NCBI GenBank assembly: GCA_047967505.1 | Contig: CM106538.1 | Reading direction: 5' to 3' (one strand) | DNA: 64,000 nt | Source: Dipteris shenzhenensis | Lineage: Eukaryota | Shown: one piece after another, positions 1 to 13,271 of the stretch | Layout: every line of letters starts with the position of its first letter | Numbering within the stretch: the stretch's first letter is position 1 | Position numbers and translations under genes: made by a program | Notes under the pieces: generated by a model | Told to the model about the DNA's origin: nothing | The model's input: the letters and a program-made list of their open reading frames with translations, nothing else | The model's database searches: none

Positions 1-140
1 CTCCCCTCTAACGAAATCTCCAGGCAGATCGTTGTTTGCTCCCTACTTTGGGATTCCGTTTTCTCTGCTGCCCACTCCTTTCCTCACGACTCTCTCTCCT
101 TTCCCTTTGGCCTTCAGAGCTCCTTCACTCCACATCCTTT

Positions 141-3100
141 ATGGCAGATTCAATAGACCCCGAGTTCGCTATGGGTGATCAAGATGTGAACTACCATGGA
201 GAAGATGACCAGGGTCTCTACGATGATCTAATTACGAAGAAAGCCTTCAGTGAATTCACCACTGCTCTTGATGAAAAGTTTGAGCAGGTTAACACAAATC
301 AAACGGGGTTGGCATAGCAACTCCAAGGGATTCAGACTACACTCATACTTTTGACTAGCACTATTCAGGCGCTCACGCATGTGGATGCCATGGCTTTAGT
401 GTTAGGTCCGAACATCACTCCAGATCCTTTTCTCGGAGATCAGAAGTCTCGTACCAAGGAGGTTGTTGACACTTGGTTGCACAAGTGGCAAGTACACTTC
501 CAGTTTCACCCTTACCCAGATGAGCCGGGTTTATGTCAGGAAAGGCTTTATTGTGGTGGAAGGAACTCCAACCCAAGCCTGCAACATGGATAGAATTCGA
601 AGGGGTCTTCAGGAAAGAGTTTCTGAAGAAGGAGGAAGATTACGATATCATAGGCAAGCTCAAAGCCCTCGATATGTCCAAGCTGAATCTAACTTTTGAG
701 GTTTATCTTCAGAGGTTTCCGAATTTGCAGACCAGAGCTACCAAGATGGATCCAGTGACCTTGTTAGGTTTCTTTGTGGATGGTTTGCCTGACTCGTATA
801 AGTTACAGATCAAGAACAACAAGTGTACCACGTTGCAAGAGGCCATAAATTACGCGCGCATTTATGATGATACCATGGCCAGCGCAAAGGGAACCACAGT
901 TGCTAACACAGGTGGGAAGAACAAGAGGAAGTTCTTCCAGTCTATAGACAACGCCTCCAAGAAACATTTGACTCAAGCGAAGAATGGTCGTGCCCGTTTC
1001 CTTCGCACCTTGAAGCTAAAGAAAGAGGGACGTTGCTTCATCTGCGAGGAGCGGGGCCACACTAGGAATGATTGTCCTAAGCGCAAGAACCAGAAGCAAG
1101 CGTCGGGACTGAAGCTCCAGGCGGGTCCGGGTACCAAAGCTAAGGGAGCTAATCAAGTTTCGATGACAGGTATTTCTGTAAATGTCATTACATACCCACT
1201 TTCTTGTAATTGCACTTTTAATACTTCATTATTTCGTTCCCATGATCTTTTCTGAGTTTATGGAGAAGTTAGGGACCAAAGAGTTCACATTCTTTTTGAC
1301 GCGGGCAGCTCTCACAACTTTGTTAATTACAAACTTGTGCAGAAGATGGGGCTGTCCACGATACTTAGCGATCACACTTATGAGGTGCAGCTTCCAGCTG
1401 GGAAGCAGTTTTGGGATCGCAAGATTGAAGCGCTTTCTATCCGAATTCAAGAATACACAGCGGCTCGTACGTGCTATGTCATGCACTTGGAGCATGTGGA
1501 CTTGTTAATCGGAATAGAGTGGTTTAAAACCCACGATATTCGGATTGGATGGAAGGAACATACACTTTCTTTTTTGAATAAGGACACCCAATTTTGTATT
1601 CAGTGTGATAATATTCCCTCTTCTCAGGGACCTATTGTATCTGCGATGCAGCTTCGGAATATATTAAACACTTCTCATTATGATGTCTATCACTGTGTTT
1701 TGATTCCGCTTTCTTCATTTGTTGTCTCTGTTAATAACAAGAATGATTTAAGTGTGGTTGAACACCGTGAATTGAGAATGTTGTAGATGATTTCATGGAT
1801 ACATTCCCTGCTCAACTACCGGAAGGTTTACCTCCAGAACGGGCAGTAGACCATTGCATAGATTTAGTACCTAGGGCTCAACCTATTAGTGTTCCACCTT
1901 ATAGGATGAGCCAGCTTGAGGAGGATGAGTTAGCTTCACAGCTACAAGATTATTTGAATATGGGCTATATTCGCCCAAGTAAATCACCTTGGGGAGCACC
2001 TGTCCTCTTAAGAAAGAAGAAAGATACTTCACGGAGAATGTGTATAGATTATAAACGATTGAATAAAGTGACAATTAAGAATCGATACCCACTACCTCGG
2101 TCTGATGATCTAATAGACCGTTTGGCCGGAGCGAGGTATTTCACTAAGATTGATTTGCGTACGGGTTATCACCAAATCCGTATCTATGCTAAACACATAG
2201 ATAGAACCGCATTCCGAACTAGGTACGGCCACTACGAGTTTCTTGTATTACCTTTTGGTTTGACCAATGCTCCTGCCACCTTCTAGCAAATGATGAACAA
2301 TTTGTTCCGAGATTTTCTGGGCAAATTCGTTGTAGTGTTCTTAGATGATATTTTGGTATATAGCCGAACGTTAGAGGATCACATAGGACACCTCCGGATT
2401 GTCTTAGTTATTCTAAGACAGCATAAGCTCTATGCCAAGATGAGTAAATGTGACTTCTTTATGAAGGAGATCATTTACTTACGACACAAGATTTCTTCTG
2501 AAGGTATTAGCATTGATCTGGATCGTATCCAGAAGGTTTTAGAATGGCCTATCCCTCAGACTGTGAAACAACTTCATTCTTTCCTAGGATTTACGGTATT
2601 TCTACGGAAGTCTGTGCATGATTATTCACACATCACGGCACCCCTGACAAACATATTGAAAGGTCGTGGACGCAGGTCTACCCACCCGATCTCTTAGAAT
2701 GATGCATTGAACAAGGCTTTTGAAACCTTGAAGTTAGCTATCAAGGAAGCACCCGTTCTTGCATTACCCGATCCTACTCGGCCTTATGTTTTAGAGGCCG
2801 ATGCGAGTGATTTTGCGATTGGGGCAGCTTCATTCCAAGAGGGCAGACCTGTAGCTTTTGAGAGTAAGAAGCTAGACGACACCCAATATCGTTGGCCCAC
2901 ACTAGAAAAAGAACTCTATGCAGTCGTGTATGCCCTGAAGGTTTGGAGACACTACTTGTATGGTTCGAAGTTTCTTGTATTAACCGATCATCAGTCAATC
3001 AAGTATGTGTGTGATGGGTCTGAATTGAGGGGACGGAAAGCTAGATGGGCAGAATTAATGCAAGATTTTGATTTTGAAATATGTTATCGCAAGGGTTCGT

Positions 3101-4666
3101 TGAATAGTGTGGCGGATGCCTTAAGTCGAGTCAAGTTTGTAAATGCTATGTCATTTACGGAAATATCCTCATACCTATTTCAATCCTTGAGAGGGCTTTG
3201 CGCAACTGATAGTCATTTCAGTTCTTATTGACAGAAAGTCCAGGATGGGAGCCCCATGGTTGGCCAAGACTCAGGGATTGTGCCCCCTACGGTACAGGCG
3301 GCGGGAGGTCAGTGCATGATTAGGAACGGCTTGCTGTTCCGGAATGGAAAGATTTGTGTGCTAGATGTTCTGGAACTTCGATCCAAGATTCTCTGGGAGT
3401 GTCATGATGCTCCTAGTGCTGGACATCTGGGTATACATCAGACTCTGTCTCTTGTGAAGCATAACTTTTATTGGCCTAAAATGCGTGCATTTATTGAAAA
3501 CTATGTGGTAGGTTGCCGGGTTTATCTAGTTACGAAGGCAGAACGCCTTAGAAGTGCGGGTTTATTATAGCCATTACAAATTCCAGGTAATAAATGGGAA
3601 AGTATTTCCATGGATTTTATTACTGTTTTGCCTCGAACGCGCAAGGGTCATGACTCCATTTGAGTCATAGTCGACCATCTAACAAAAATGGCTCGATTCT
3701 TACCTACTAGAACAACTATTTCAGCTGTTCAGCTGGCTCACGAGTTTGTGGACCACTTGTTTAAGCTGTATGGTTTGCCCTCTGACATAGTCAGTCACAG
3801 GGACTCGAAGTTTACAAGTAACTTTTGGACACTTGTTTTTGAGAAGTTAGAAACTACTCTAAGTATGAGTTCCTCAGATCATGCACAATCTGATGGCAGT
3901 ACAGAGAAGGTCAACCGATTGGTTGAAGATATGCTTCGGGCATATGTTTCTAAGAGACAATCTTCATGGGAAGATTATCTACCTATGATAGAATTTGCTT
4001 ATAACAGTGCAAAGCATTCGAGTACTAGTTACAGTCCTTTTATGCTTATGTACGGGTTTCAACCTAAGTCACCAGTTATGGTTGGGTTAAAGGGAATCCA
4101 AAATGATGCGGCAAAGACCTTCTTGCAAGACATGCAGGAAATGTTGCAGTTTGCCAAGGAGTCTATTAGAAGTGCCCAAGATCGAGACAGATTTTATGCT
4201 AATAGACATCGTTCACCTAGAGAGTTCTCTGAAGGAACGACGGTTTATTTGCGAATTCCCAAGGAATCCAAGAGCCTAAGTACTGGTTTGGTTCCAAAGT
4301 TATCCCCCAGATACTGTGGTCCGTTCAAGGTTATTAAAAGAATTGGACAAGTTGCATATAGACTAGAATTGCCTCCTGATGTTAAAGTACATCCAGTATT
4401 TCATGTCAGTCGACTGAAAGAAGCATTAGGTGCGGATGATCAACTTTTTTCTCCTTAAGAAATAATAGAAGTTACAGATTTGACTTTTATTCCACACGAA
4501 CCTGAATGTATTCTTGAATTTCGTGCAGCACAGATTCGTAATAGAACTATCACGGAATACAAGATCAAGTGAAAGGATCGTGTTGAGGAGGATGCAACAT
4601 GAAAGACATTACAGAACCTCCAGAAGACATTCCCGGGTTTTTTAGCGAACTCAGCAGTGAGTTCTT
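141..4666 (+). mobile_element. Degenerate Ty3/gypsy chromovirus-type LTR retrotransposon, gag-pol region
   Basis: Gag (ALLWWK; Zn knuckle CFICEERGHTRNDC), RT ([36 protein letters not shown]), RNase H (EADASDFAIGA, ELYAVVYALKVWRHYL), integrase (HDAPSAGH, QSDGSTEKVN, KLSPRYCGPF) and a chromodomain remnant at about 4495-4640 (PECILEFR..EYKIK*KD..DAT*). Multiple in-frame stops and frameshifts. Confidence 0.95.
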
Positions 4667-4900
4667 AGAGGAGGGGAAGTATGTCATGTGCACGGATTGG
4701 TATCCGACGTGTACTGGGTACACAAGACTAGCTTAGGTAGCCTGGGAACGCTTAGAGCTAGGCAGGCTTGATTCTCGGGTTGAGTGGCAAGGATACGAAC
4801 CAGTTAGAGGTCTTCGCTATTTTTGGCGCTTGGGGCCCGAGTCTATATAAGGGGCCCAGAGGTTCAGTTCTCAGAGAGCCGATGGGAGCAAGTTTCGTTC
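4667..4900 (+). repeat. PPT and truncated 3' LTR of the first gypsy element
   Basis: Polypurine tract AGAGGAGGGGAAGTA at 4667-4681 directly followed by TGTCATG at 4682; TATATAAG near 4844. The LTR breaks off at about 4900. Confidence 0.75.
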
Positions 4901-5420
4901 CCAGAGCTATATGCCAAGATCAATAACTGTGACTTCTTCATAAGGGAAATCATTTACTTAGACGCAAGATTTCTAGGGAAAATATTAGCATTGATCTCGA
5001 TGGCATTCAAAAGGCTTTAGATTGACCAGTACCTCAGACCGTGAGACAAATTGTCTTTCTCAGGAAGTCCGTTTGAGATTATTCCAAGATCACAGTTCCG
5101 TTGACCAAGGTATTGAAAGTTTGTGGGTGTAAGTCCAATCAGCCTATCTCTTGGAATGAAGATTTGAACAAGGCTTTTGACACATTAAAACTCTGTGTCA
5201 AGGAAGCACCTGTTCTTGCACTACCTGATCCTACCTGGCCTTATGTTTTAGAGGCAGATGTGAGTGATTATGCGATTGGGACAGCATTATTCCAAGAGGG
5301 TAGACCTGTAGCTTTTGAGAGTAAAAAGCTAAATGACACTCAATACCATTGGCCCACGATGCTGTAGTGTATGCTCTCAAGGTTTGGAAACACTACCTCT
5401 ATGGCTCTAAGTTGTTATAG
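4900..5420 (+). mobile_element. Fragment of a related gypsy RT-RNase H
   Basis: Diverged copy of about 2425-2975 (ELYAKINNCDFF; EAPVLALPDPTWPYVLEADVSDYAIG..PVAFESKKL). Confidence 0.9.
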
Positions 5421-5429
5421 GTACCAAAA

Positions 5430-5990
5430 TTGGGAGGCCTGTTTCAGACAATAGAGTGTGCCTTCTTGAGTCTACTTGGTATGAAATCCCTATGGCTGCT
5501 CCACCCTAAGTGCTAGTTCTTAAGCATTCACTCAAGTGGGAAGCTAAAGGTGCCTAGTTCAACAGAACAGAACAGACCGTAAACTTCCTTCTCCAAGTCA
5601 CTATTGAGAAAAGCACACTTTACATCCATCTAATAAATGGGCCACTTATAGTTGGCAGCCAATGCAAGCACAGTCCAAATAGTTTCCATGCGAGTTGTCA
5701 GAGCAAAGTTCTCATCATAATCAAGCCCTTCTCACTCTGAATACCATTTGGTCGTCTTACTTTATACTCATCATCAAGAGTACCATGTGACTTATACTTA
5801 GCTTTGTAGATCCGCTTGGTTCCAATAAACCTTTCATTTGCCTGGTTTGGGCACTAGATCCCACGAGTGATTCTTTTCAATGGAAGTCACCTCAATCTCC
5901 ATTGCTTCTTGCCACTCACAAACATCCTTTGCTTCTTCGAAGATTTTATGCTCGTGAATATCTTGATTTGATCCATTACCACGTAGTTCA
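5430..5990 (-). mobile_element. Ty1/copia RT fragment (antisense)
   Basis: Reverse strand reads WQEAMEIEVTSIEKNHSWDLVP..IGTKRIYKAKY..GLDYDENFA..ETIWTVLALAANYKWPIY*MDVKCAFLNSDLEKEVY. Confidence 0.85.
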
Positions 5991-6089
5991 ATGTTAGAGC
6001 TCAGGGTCCTTCGAGACCTTCTCTATCTATTTGAACTCTCTTCATGGAAATCTGTCACCTCGAAGTCCTCTTGGGTTTCATGTACCAGC

Positions 6090-9000
6090 ATGGTAATCTT
6101 TTCTCATGTCTTAGAAACCATGTATCAAGCCAAGAATGAGGCAAGAGTTTCATTCCTACAAAAGGAACTTGAGAATCTAAATATGCATGAGGTGACAGTA
6201 TAAATAGTATAAGGGATCAATCTATGTGTCCATTTATATCATACTATCATTTGGTTCCCTTGTTGAAATCATCTGTATAGTATTAGAATGGCTATTGACA
6301 CAATATACATATTACTTGCCATTTTATAGATTATATACCAATAAGACTATCTATAGCACAACTTGGTATCTTTTTTAAATCATTCATTAGGTTTCGTATG
6401 AGCTCTTGCATTGTGCAAGACAATGATCTTATCCATGATCTTAGATAGCAACTCTTGAATATTGATGAGATTCTCTATAAAAACTTGATCTCCAGGACAT
6501 TCAGTCTGCCAGAGTCCTACCTGAGTTTCCCACTTCTCTCACTTTGTCTTTGAGGAGCAATGCTCAGGCTCTTCAGTTTGAAAAGCTTGTGGGTTTGCTG
6601 TTGCAAGATGATCAGAACAAGAATAAATCTCCGTCTTCCCGTAGCAGTAATCAAGTACTTGTTGTCCAAAACAGAAGTCAGACCAAGTATAAAGGTGGGT
6701 ATGCAGACAGCTATCTAACAAGGCAAAGGATGATGTAGGCAAAGCAAAAAAAAGGAAAGATGTCATTATTGTGAAAAAGCCACATCATCATATTAGTGAA
6801 TGCAAGAAAAGATTAAAAAAAAGAGAAGAAGGAAGCTGGAATGTCAGCCTCAATTTTTAATGCTTCAAATGCTGAGAAGGGTAATGCTTCAACAAATTGT
6901 GTGGCTGAAGATTGGTTATTTCTGGTATGCCCAATCTTGAGGTCAGTTCACTCAGCGTGAGTGATACTTCAAATGCAGTTGGAAAAGAGTATCCTATGCC
7001 AACAATTCTTCAAATCCTGTGGAGGGAATTGGAAAGATTATTTTGTCATCAGTAGATTGAACTGATTTGTGTGTTCCAAATGCCCTTCTTGTTCCACAAA
7101 TAAAGAAGAGTTTGCTTTCTGTTTCTTCTTTTGATAGAAGAGGATATGCTATCACACTTGAGGAGTAAGAGAGAGAAAAAGACTACCAACACAAGACGGC
7201 AGCATGCAAAATGCTTGTGTGGCAAGAGTAACTTCAGCAATGAAAGATGCAGGATTGTGGCAAGCCAAATTTGGCATCGTGAACTATGGCAGTTTGCAGC
7301 TTTTACAAAAAGAATAATCTGGTATGGACTATCCCTACACTAAAGACCCCTCCAAAACATGTCTGTGAAAGATGCAATTTGGGAAAGATGCACAGAAATG
7401 CCTTTCTTAGGGATGGATCAGTTAGAGCTGTCAGAAAATTGCACCTCATACACACTGATGTGTGTGTTCCATGAGGACACCGTCCTTGGGAATGAACCTG
7501 TGCATTGTGACCATTATTGATAAATGTTCCATATTCACATGGGTCTATTTTTGAAGGAGAGATCTGATGTATTTATGTGTTTTCAGCATTTTGTTGCCAT
7601 GGCTGAAAACCAGACAAGGTGCAAGGTGCAGACTCTAAGGACAGACAAAGAGGGGAGTACATGTCAAATGCTTTTAATATCTGCAGGAAAAAAGCGTTAA
7701 GCACCAGTGTACAATGCCATACACACCTCAGCAAAATGGTATTGGTGAGAGGAAATATAGATCCTTGATGGAGTGGACAGATGTATGATGAAGGGCAGAA
7801 AGTTGCCTCATAAATCTTGAGGTCAGACAACCATGCTAAAAGTTATATCTTTCTTAAAGAAGCTTACATTCCATGGCTCCTCATTTTGCTCCATAATGCA
7901 GTTGGGTATTTTGACACTGATGCATCCAAGCACATAGAAAAGAGTATCCTATGCCAATAATTCTTCATATCCTGTGGAGGGAATTGGAAAGATTATTTTG
8001 TCATCAGTAGATTGAACTGATTTGTGTTTTCCAAATGCCCTTCATGTTCCATGAATAAAGAAGAGTTTGCTTTCTGTTTCTTCTTTTGGTAGAAGAGGAT
8101 ATTGTTGGAATATGAAGTCAACTACATGTGGCTATCATGTGCTTTTTTATGGTGTTCGGTGTGCAGTATATGATGCTACACATGCCTTTACCATGATCTT
8201 GACTGCACATTGACTAGAGGTCTGTAAAAACTTGATGTTTATAACAGATGTTTGGATGATGCTGCACTTGCAGATGCACATGCCTTTGCTGTTGATTCCT
8301 CTACCATGGCAGATACTCATTTGTGGCATGAGAGGTTTGTACACCTCAACTTTGGGGCTTTGGTGAAATTATATAAGGATGGCATGGTTGTTGATCTTTC
8401 CCACATGCATATGCCCTCAAAGCATGTTTGTGAACCTTGCTTGCTCGGTAAGATGCACCGTTCTGCATTTCCCAAGGATGGAGAGTTGGTGCCTCACGCA
8501 AGCTTTATTTGGTTCATAGTGATGCTTGTGGACCCATGCGGGTTGCAGCTCTTGGGGGATTCTATTATTTTGTTACATTCATTGATGACTTCACCAGGTA
8601 CACTTGGGTTTTCGTCTTGAAATCCAAATCTGAAGTTTCTACATGCTTCCGGCATTTTATTGCCTTGGCTGAGAATGAGAGTAGGCTACACATTGCTCAC
8701 CTTAATACAAACAGGGGGAGGTGAATATATGTCAAAGGAGTTTGCTGTTTTTTTGGCCTCACGTGACATACATCACCAATGCATGGTGCCTTATACTCCT
8801 CAACAAAATCCTTTGGCTGAGTGGAAGAATAGATCAGTGATGGAAATGGCCAGGTGTATGTTGAAAGGCAAGCACTTGCCTAACAAGTTGTGGTTAGATG
8901 CCGTTATGTGTGCCAACTACATTTTGAATAGATGTCCCACAAAGGCATTGCAGACCATCGCACCTTATGAGGCTTGGACAAGTCATAAGCCCTAGATTTC

Positions 9001-10660
9001 TCACATGAGGAGTTTTGGATGCTTGGCATATGCCCATGTGCCTCTCAGACACGCACCAAGTTGGATGCTAAAGCTATCAAGTGCATTTTTATTGGGTATA
9101 GCTCTGAGAGGAAGGGCTATAAGCTCTACCAGCCCCGTACGGGCAAGTGTTTTATGTAGGCCTAGTTACAGTCAGTTAGGTCAGTTGGTACAGTTAATAC
9201 ATGCACCACATAGAACAGTTAGGACACTTAGTCTCGTTAGGGGATTTAGCCCTAGGGTTTTGTCATATTAGCTCCCCTTGAGCCTCCATTCATTGTAGCA
9301 GCATTTTCAATGCAGCAGTTCATTTTTTAGTTTTTCCAACTCATTCTGAGCTTCCATCGCCTACCCTAGCCAACATAAAGCCCCCTCCAAAACATGTCTG
9401 TAAAAGATGCAATTTGGGAAAGATGCACAGAAATGACTTTCTCAGGGATGGATTAGTTAGAGCTGTCAGAAAATTGCACCTCATACACAGTGATGTGTGT
9501 GTTCCATGAGGACACCGTCCTTGGGAATGAACCTGTGCATTGTGACCATTATTGATAACTGTTCCATATTCACATGGGTCTATCTTTTGAAGGAGAGATC
9601 TGATGTATTTATATGTTGTCAGCATTTTGTTGCCATGGCTGTAAACCAGACAAGGTGCAAGGTGCAGACTCTGAGGACAGACAAAGAGGGGAAGTACATG
9701 TCAAATGCTTTTAATATCTGCAGGAAAAAGGTGTTAAGCACCAGTGTACAACGCCATACACACCTCCGCAAAATGGTATTGGAAAGAGGAAATATAGATC
9801 TTTGATGGAGTGGACACATGTATGATCAAGGGCAGAAAGTTGCCTCATAAATCTTGGATGGAAACCATTATGTGTGCCACACATATTTTGAATAGATGCC
9901 CGGACCAAACCCTTGAAAACCACCACACGCTTTGAAGCTTAGTATGACAGGGAGCCCAAGATTGCTTAACCTCAGGTTGTTTGGCTGCATAGCATATGCA
10001 CAGATGCCTCAACAAATGAGAGAGAAGCTAGACGCTAACGTAGTGAAATGCATTTTTGTTGGCTATTGCAGTGAAAGTAAGGGATATTGTCTCTTACTCA
10101 GATTTTTGTCAGTAGAGATGTGGTTTTGGCAAAAAACCCAGATCTGGCTGCGTTTGAAAGACAGCTGCCAACAGGTTCACTAAAAGTAGTTGAAGGGTTG
10201 CTCCCATTGCCAGTTGAAAGTAGATTAGAACAACTAACAGAAGATCAGTATCTGCAGCTGCACAGCAGACATTTAGATGCTCCAGATCAGGATCATGAAC
10301 AACCTATAGCACATGACGATGTGGAAGAAATAGTCAGGGAAGAGAGAACATCTGTACAAGACCCAGTAGCTTATGCAAACGTTGGACAGTAAGCTGTCAG
10401 CTCCTCTTTCCAGTAGAGCAAGGGCTGATTCAAGAGGTTCAGAAGGAGCACAATATGCTGATTCAGCATGGATGACATGCAGAAGAACCTGATAGCTTTG
10501 AGGATGCTCAAGACAATGAGCATTGAATAAGAGCCATGAAAGCAGAAATGGATTCAATCCACAAAAACAAGACATGGGATTTAGCGGATCTGCCCTTTGA
10601 CAAAAAGGCTATTGGGACTATGTGACTGTATAAACTAAAGAGGAAATCTGACAAAGGCCC
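6090..10660 (+). mobile_element. Mosaic of degenerate Ty1/copia gag, GAG-pre-integrase, integrase and RT-start fragments
   Basis: [67 protein letters not shown] and KCIFVGY; RT start (KAEMDSIHKNKTWDL) near 10540-10585. Segments 7340-7820/9380-9855 and 6980-7145/7935-8100 are duplicated. Confidence 0.9.
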
Positions 10661-11767
10661 TCAGAACTTAAACAAATCCGCAACCACAGTCTTCGATAAA
10701 TATAAAGTAAATGGTACATATCGCAATTGCGAGAGACATTTGAATTTTCTTGTAACCACACTCTTCGATACATGGTACAGGCAATTGCAAGAGACGTTTG
10801 AATTTTCTCGTAATGAGGTACATACCTGCACTAAAGGCGAATCACCCACCCCAAGAGCGCTCTTAGAATTCAAAGCTACGCTTAAGGCTTCAAAGGCAGT
10901 CTTTTCGATGCAAGGATTTTGAGATATCCAGATTCCGAGGCGTGGAATGTATACGTCACGCACGGCTTTGAATCGCGAAAGGTCTCCGCGATCGGATAGA
11001 ACTAACACCTCTGCTAGCTCCCCAACTTCGACCCTCGTACGCTTATTAGAGATGGGAACCTCAATCTGAAAGTTGACCGAAGGATTTTAGAACTCGAAGG
11101 CAGCAGATAATTCTCCTCTACGAATAAGACTAACTGATGCCAACCTGTAGACGTGCCGGGCTGTCATCCCCGATCAATATACGTAATGATGATCGAGATG
11201 GCCTGAGATTACGGAAAAACTCTTGCAAGGGAGTGTCAGCAGGCCGAGGGAATGACTGCCGAACGGACTTTACGGCGAGAACTTTGGCCCGCCAAACACC
11301 TGCGAAAAGGCTCAATTGCAGTCATAGTGCATAATTGAGGCAATCGGAGGCACGAGAGAAGAATCGTGAAGAGAAGGAGGAGCACCTGCGTGGGGAAAAC
11401 GAAGGCGAAGATGGCAGCTGCGGAAAGCAGCGGACCACATGGGAGCCCAGAGCCAGAAGAGAGAAGCGAGGGCAGCCATGGTGTAGGAGAAGCGGTAGGC
11501 GGTGACAGCAGAGGCGAGGGAGACGCTGAGGCGGACGGCCCAATCCATGGGATCTCCGAACTCGTGGAGGACGAAGGGGCCGGAGCCAGTCCAAGGAAGC
11601 AGGAGCTGGAGGTCTTGAGAGCGGAGGGGGGCGACGCGAGGGCGAGGGCGAGGGCGAGAGGAAGACGAGGAGGAGGCCATAGCCATGGGTGGTGGTATGG
11701 AGCAGAAGCAGCAGCAACTGTTGGTGGACGCCATAGCCATCATCATCATGGTTGCTTCCTCATGCAT
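10661..11767 (-). CDS. Spliced host gene for a probable plastid-targeted membrane protein resembling an uncharacterised cyanobacterial family
   Basis: Exons 11767-11386, 11299-11145 and 11065-(10826 or 10661), joined in frame by GT-AG introns 11385-11300 and 11144-11066. N-terminus is Ser/Arg/Pro-rich and transit-peptide-like; hydrophobic segment ending FWLWAP; motifs GVWRAKVL, GELAEVLVLSDRGDLSRF and DVYIPRLGIWISQNP. The 3' end is uncertain (donor CAG|GTATGT at 10826/10825). Confidence 0.75.
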
Positions 11768-11925
11768 CAACAAGAAGAAGAAAACACAAGTAGGCTCCTA
11801 GCACTCCCATCAACGAGTAGAGTAGGGACTCGCCTGCCATGGGGAGGCCTTTCTCGGGAGGAATCCAATAGAATTCCAACGACCGATCTAGAGCTACATC
11901 CGGTTGGATTTCAATTGAAAACACC

Positions 11926-11935
11926 GACACGTGGC
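11926..11935. promoter_or_regulatory. G-box (GACACGTGGC) upstream of the putative plastid-protein gene
   Basis: CACGTG core about 160 bp upstream of the ATG; function inferred only. Confidence 0.35.
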
Positions 11936-12649
11936 TCTTCCCGGCCATCAAGGGAAGTGGGGAGGGGGCGCATGGTCACCATGTCGTAGGTACGGCTCTC
12001 GATTTTTGGTAGGCACATTCCACCGTTTTTTAAGAGGGCTTGATCCAACGGTGGAGATTGCATCTCCACCTAGGTACCCATGACCTTGACGGGAAGCCAC
12101 AAGGCATCATTGCCTTTCTAGCAGGTGATCATGCCGATTTTATTAATCCTTCTTGTATTCAAAGCGGTGACCTTGACAAAGAGTCCATCATTCCCTGCCC
12201 CACGCAGTAGGTGCGCATTTGCAGAAAGGAAAGCTCGTGATGGCAAGTTGTTGCCAAAAAGGCTCGCTCCCACTCAAATTCGATTCGAGCCGTCCAATTA
12301 AGGCTTTTTCAGCAAGGTGACTTTCATTTCAAATGGCCTACCCGAAGTGGGTTAAAGTATCCTTAATGCAAGTGTACATGAGGTCGAAATGTGATGTGGT
12401 TGTTGCATGAATTTGGAGGCGTACTTGCAAGTGTCGTAGTACGTGTGTTTTTTCGTTGCATGGTAGCTTGGAAATTATGCTCTCAATTGCTGGTAGTTTG
12501 AGAGTTCTAATTTTGTGTTCCTAATTTGTGAATGTCGAGTCCAACATTATGTTTGTGTTTATGTTGCCTAGTAATCTTGAAAGTGATTTCATGATTGAAG
12601 TTGTCCTTGTTTTTGGAGTTTCACAAATGTTAATTCTTTTCAAGTGAAG

Positions 12650-13210
12650 TGTATAGAAGGAAGTGGTCAGTCCAATAGAAGTATAATTTGTTCTTGCCAG
12701 ATGATTCAAGTTTGGTTTGGTTGTCCAAATGTGATCTATCAATGATCTGTATATTGTTGTCGCTCATGAACGATTTAAATTTGGATGTGCTTGTTGTGTG
12801 AATATTGAGGTCTATATTGAAGTCTCTGAGTATGTATGTGTCCATATTTTTGGGAAGCTTGGAAATCATCCTCACAATTGTTGGTGGAAAGAGAGTTATC
12901 TTTGTTTTTGGAGATTTGTAAACGTTGAGTATAGCAATTGTCCTTTTTTCATCTTTCCAATGGATTGTTAGCAAGGCCTCCATCCCATTGTTGCTATGAT
13001 GTTCAGTGTGTAACAGTTTGTAATTTGTAGTATGTTTCAATTCCATATTTCCTGTTATTGCAAGTGACATAGAATCCTAGATTGTTAGGGTGGTTGTCAT
13101 GTGTTTCTTGGAGGCAAGGGAATGTTACATTTAAGATGCTTTTGTAGTGCATGATGTCCTCTTTGTACATTTTGAAGGATCTTGTGTTTAGCGATTGTAT
13201 GTTTGGGCTT
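12650..13210 (-). pseudogene. AP-like (EEP superfamily) endonuclease domain of a Helitron-like element
   Basis: Motifs in the expected order: IQSLNTRSF, CLQETH, ILNVYKSP, ILRDFNID, IDHIWT, YWTDH; contains frameshifts. Confidence 0.8.
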
Positions 13211-13271
13211 GTGTTTTTATGTAATGAGAGGTCAAGTTGTTTTGTTTTCCATATGTAAGGTATTTTAAGCC

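Noticed and set aside
11366-11989. 207-aa plus-strand ORF
   Set aside because: Antisense shadow of the GC-rich first exon of the minus-strand gene; low complexity and no recognisable motif.
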